Source: an uncultured Spirochaetota bacterium (GTDB taxonomy: Bacteria; Spirochaetota; Brevinematia; Brevinematales; JAOACQ01). From it: a stretch of 64,000 nt of DNA. The stretch is from the NCBI GenBank assembly GCA_963783575.1, contig CAWAOD010000014.1:384001-448000 (forward strand), read 5' to 3'. A model generated the notes under the pieces. The model saw nothing but the letters and a program-made list of their open reading frames with translations, searched no databases and was not told the DNA's origin. Positions 62,512 through 64,000 of this stretch are shown in pieces (position 1 is the first letter of the stretch; each line of letters starts with the position of its first letter). The position numbers and the translations under genes are program-made.

Positions 62512-64000
62512 TCATTCTTCCGGGCTGTTGTTACTCAGGCAAAGGAACATTGTGACTTCATTGCCGGATTTATTGTGCTTTACTTTGTTCATAAGCTTTT
62601 TGATCATATAAACACCTCTGCCCGACGGCTTAAGGATATTATTATCGTCAAGCGGATTCGGCAATTCATTGACTTTAAACCCGATGCCCTCATCCCTGAC
62701 CTTGAATACTATCCAGTTTGCAATAATGCGATAGATTATTGTAACTCGCCTCTGCACGTTGAATTTATTACCATGCTCGACAGCGTTAATAATCGCTTCG
62801 TATAAAGCCGTATAAAGCTTCCATTTATCTTCCTCTTCAAGATTTATTATATTGGAAATTGTAATACTCTCCATAATTTTAACAATAGCGTTGTCAATTT
62901 CAAGAACATTACTGGGTATTGAGAGGTGCTTCTTTAATGCCAGCTTTTTATTGAGTATAATCAAAAGCATACTTACATCATCATCAGTAAACTGCGAAGA
63001 GCTTTTTAAGATTTTCATATACATATCCGTCAAAATGTCTTTTGTCTGAAGGAATACACTTTTCTCGAAAATCTCAATCAAATCTTCGATTTTTATTAAA
63101 CGGTCTGGTTTCTTGAAAGTCAAGAGGCCATCAGTATAAAACAGTAATTTACAGCTTTCAGGCAACTGGACTTTTCTCATAATTTCTGAATATGAAATAT
63201 TTCTCTTTGTCCCCAATGGAAAAGTCAAGCCCTTTAAGACCTCGATAGTGTTGTTCTTATCGTCAAATACAAGAGGGAAGGGATGTCCGCAATTTATGTA
63301 CTGTATTGTATAATTCCTTGTATCTATTATTCCGAAAAAGAGGGTTATATATTGGTCTTCGGGAAGCACTTTAAGAATAAGCATATTCAGATAGCTGATC
63401 ATATCGTCAATCCTGTGCGGATCCTTTGGCGCGAACTCAATAATCATCTTAAGCATTGATGTAATAAGCGACGCCGAAACCCCATGTCCGGAAACATCCG
63501 CAATGATAATTCCCACATGAACATCATCGATCTGGATTATGTCGTAGAAATCACCGCCAAGCTGAGAAGAAGGCTTGAAAAATGTTTCGAAACGTATAAG
63601 AGAAGTATAGATCGGCGGTATGGATAAAATATGCTCCCAGATTCTCTTGGCTGTTGCCAATTCTTCTTCAATCATTTTGGTCTTTTCATCAAGCTGGACA
63701 TAAAGACGGTTCTCGAGGCTCACATCCTGGAAAATAGCCTCAATCAATTCATCCTCGCCTATTAATATTCTTTGCAAGTGAACGGAAAAAATCCGGTTGC
63801 CGTATTTATGCTTAAGCTGGAACTTAAAAAACAAAGTGCTCCTGTCTTCAATTTTCATAGCAATATCTTTAAAATCACTGTATGGAATATCAAAGAACTC
63901 CTGAAGATATTTTCCAAGAAGTTTCTCACTATCTGCAAAATCAAGCAGTGAAATAAAATTATCGTTAACAAGATATATAGAACCTTCCTGATTAACGATA
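62512..64000 (-). CDS. PAS + SpoIIE/RsbU PP2C phosphatase + RsbW-like kinase fusion (5' end outside the window)
   Basis: PP2C motifs GGDFYD, ADVSGHG, CGHP, YTDG and DD; kinase motifs EAIINAVEHGN, DEGIGF and GRGVYMI. The frame stays open to the window end and reads PAS-like (IVNQEGSIYLVND). Confidence 0.88.
   Translation of the reverse strand, partial: IVNQEGSIYLVNDNFISLLDFADSEKLLGKYLQEFFDIPYSDFKDIAMKIEDRSTLFFKFQLKHKYGNRIFSVHLQRILIGEDELIEAIFQDVSLENRLYVQLDEKTKMIEEELATAKRIWEHILSIPPIYTSLIRFETFFKPSSQLGGDFYDIIQIDDVHVGIIIADVSGHGVSASLITSMLKMIIEFAPKDPHRIDDMISYLNMLILKVLPEDQYITLFFGIIDTRNYTIQYINCGHPFPLVFDDKNNTIEVLKGLTFPLGTKRNISYSEIMRKVQLPESCKLLFYTDGLLTFKKPDRLIKIEDLIEIFEKSVFLQTKDILTDMYMKILKSSSQFTDDDVSMLLIILNKKLALKKHLSIPSNVLEIDNAIVKIMESITISNIINLEEEDKWKLYTALYEAIINAVEHGNKFNVQRRVTIIYRIIANWIVFKVRDEGIGFKVNELPNPLDDNNILKPSGRGVYMIKKLMNKVKHNKSGNEVTMFLCLSNNSPEE

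Overview
AT-rich bacterial chromosomal window, probably from an anaerobic spirochaete. That assignment is inferred from spirochaete-style lipoboxes, the V/A-type ATPase and a chpIK-like toxin-antitoxin pair; no marker gene proves it. The left third is an energy-conservation block: an 11-gene complex-I-like group 4 [NiFe]-hydrogenase operon (+) converges on a V/A-type ATPase operon (-) that carries a CofE-like ligase and a universal stress protein. Between the two operons lie two AT-rich orphan genes, each followed by a ~255-bp non-coding direct repeat, which looks like a cassette array. Next come a folM-like/folB/folK/folE pterin cluster, a porin-like gene, glgP, a decayed MazEF-type module, a malate dehydrogenase-like/malic enzyme pair and housekeeping genes (rodZ-like, rimO, pgsA, pgpA, cysE, trpF, paaK, mazG, nusB, ribH, cimA). 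A nickel block follows: a NikMN-Q-O ECF transporter with a highly structured leader, two pseudogenes, and larE-larB-larC without larA. The window ends with an ftsL-like gene, rsmH and a PAS-PP2C-RsbW fusion. I recognised no rRNA, tRNA, CRISPR array or intact transposase/integrase. All calls come from motif recognition by eye; no searches were run.
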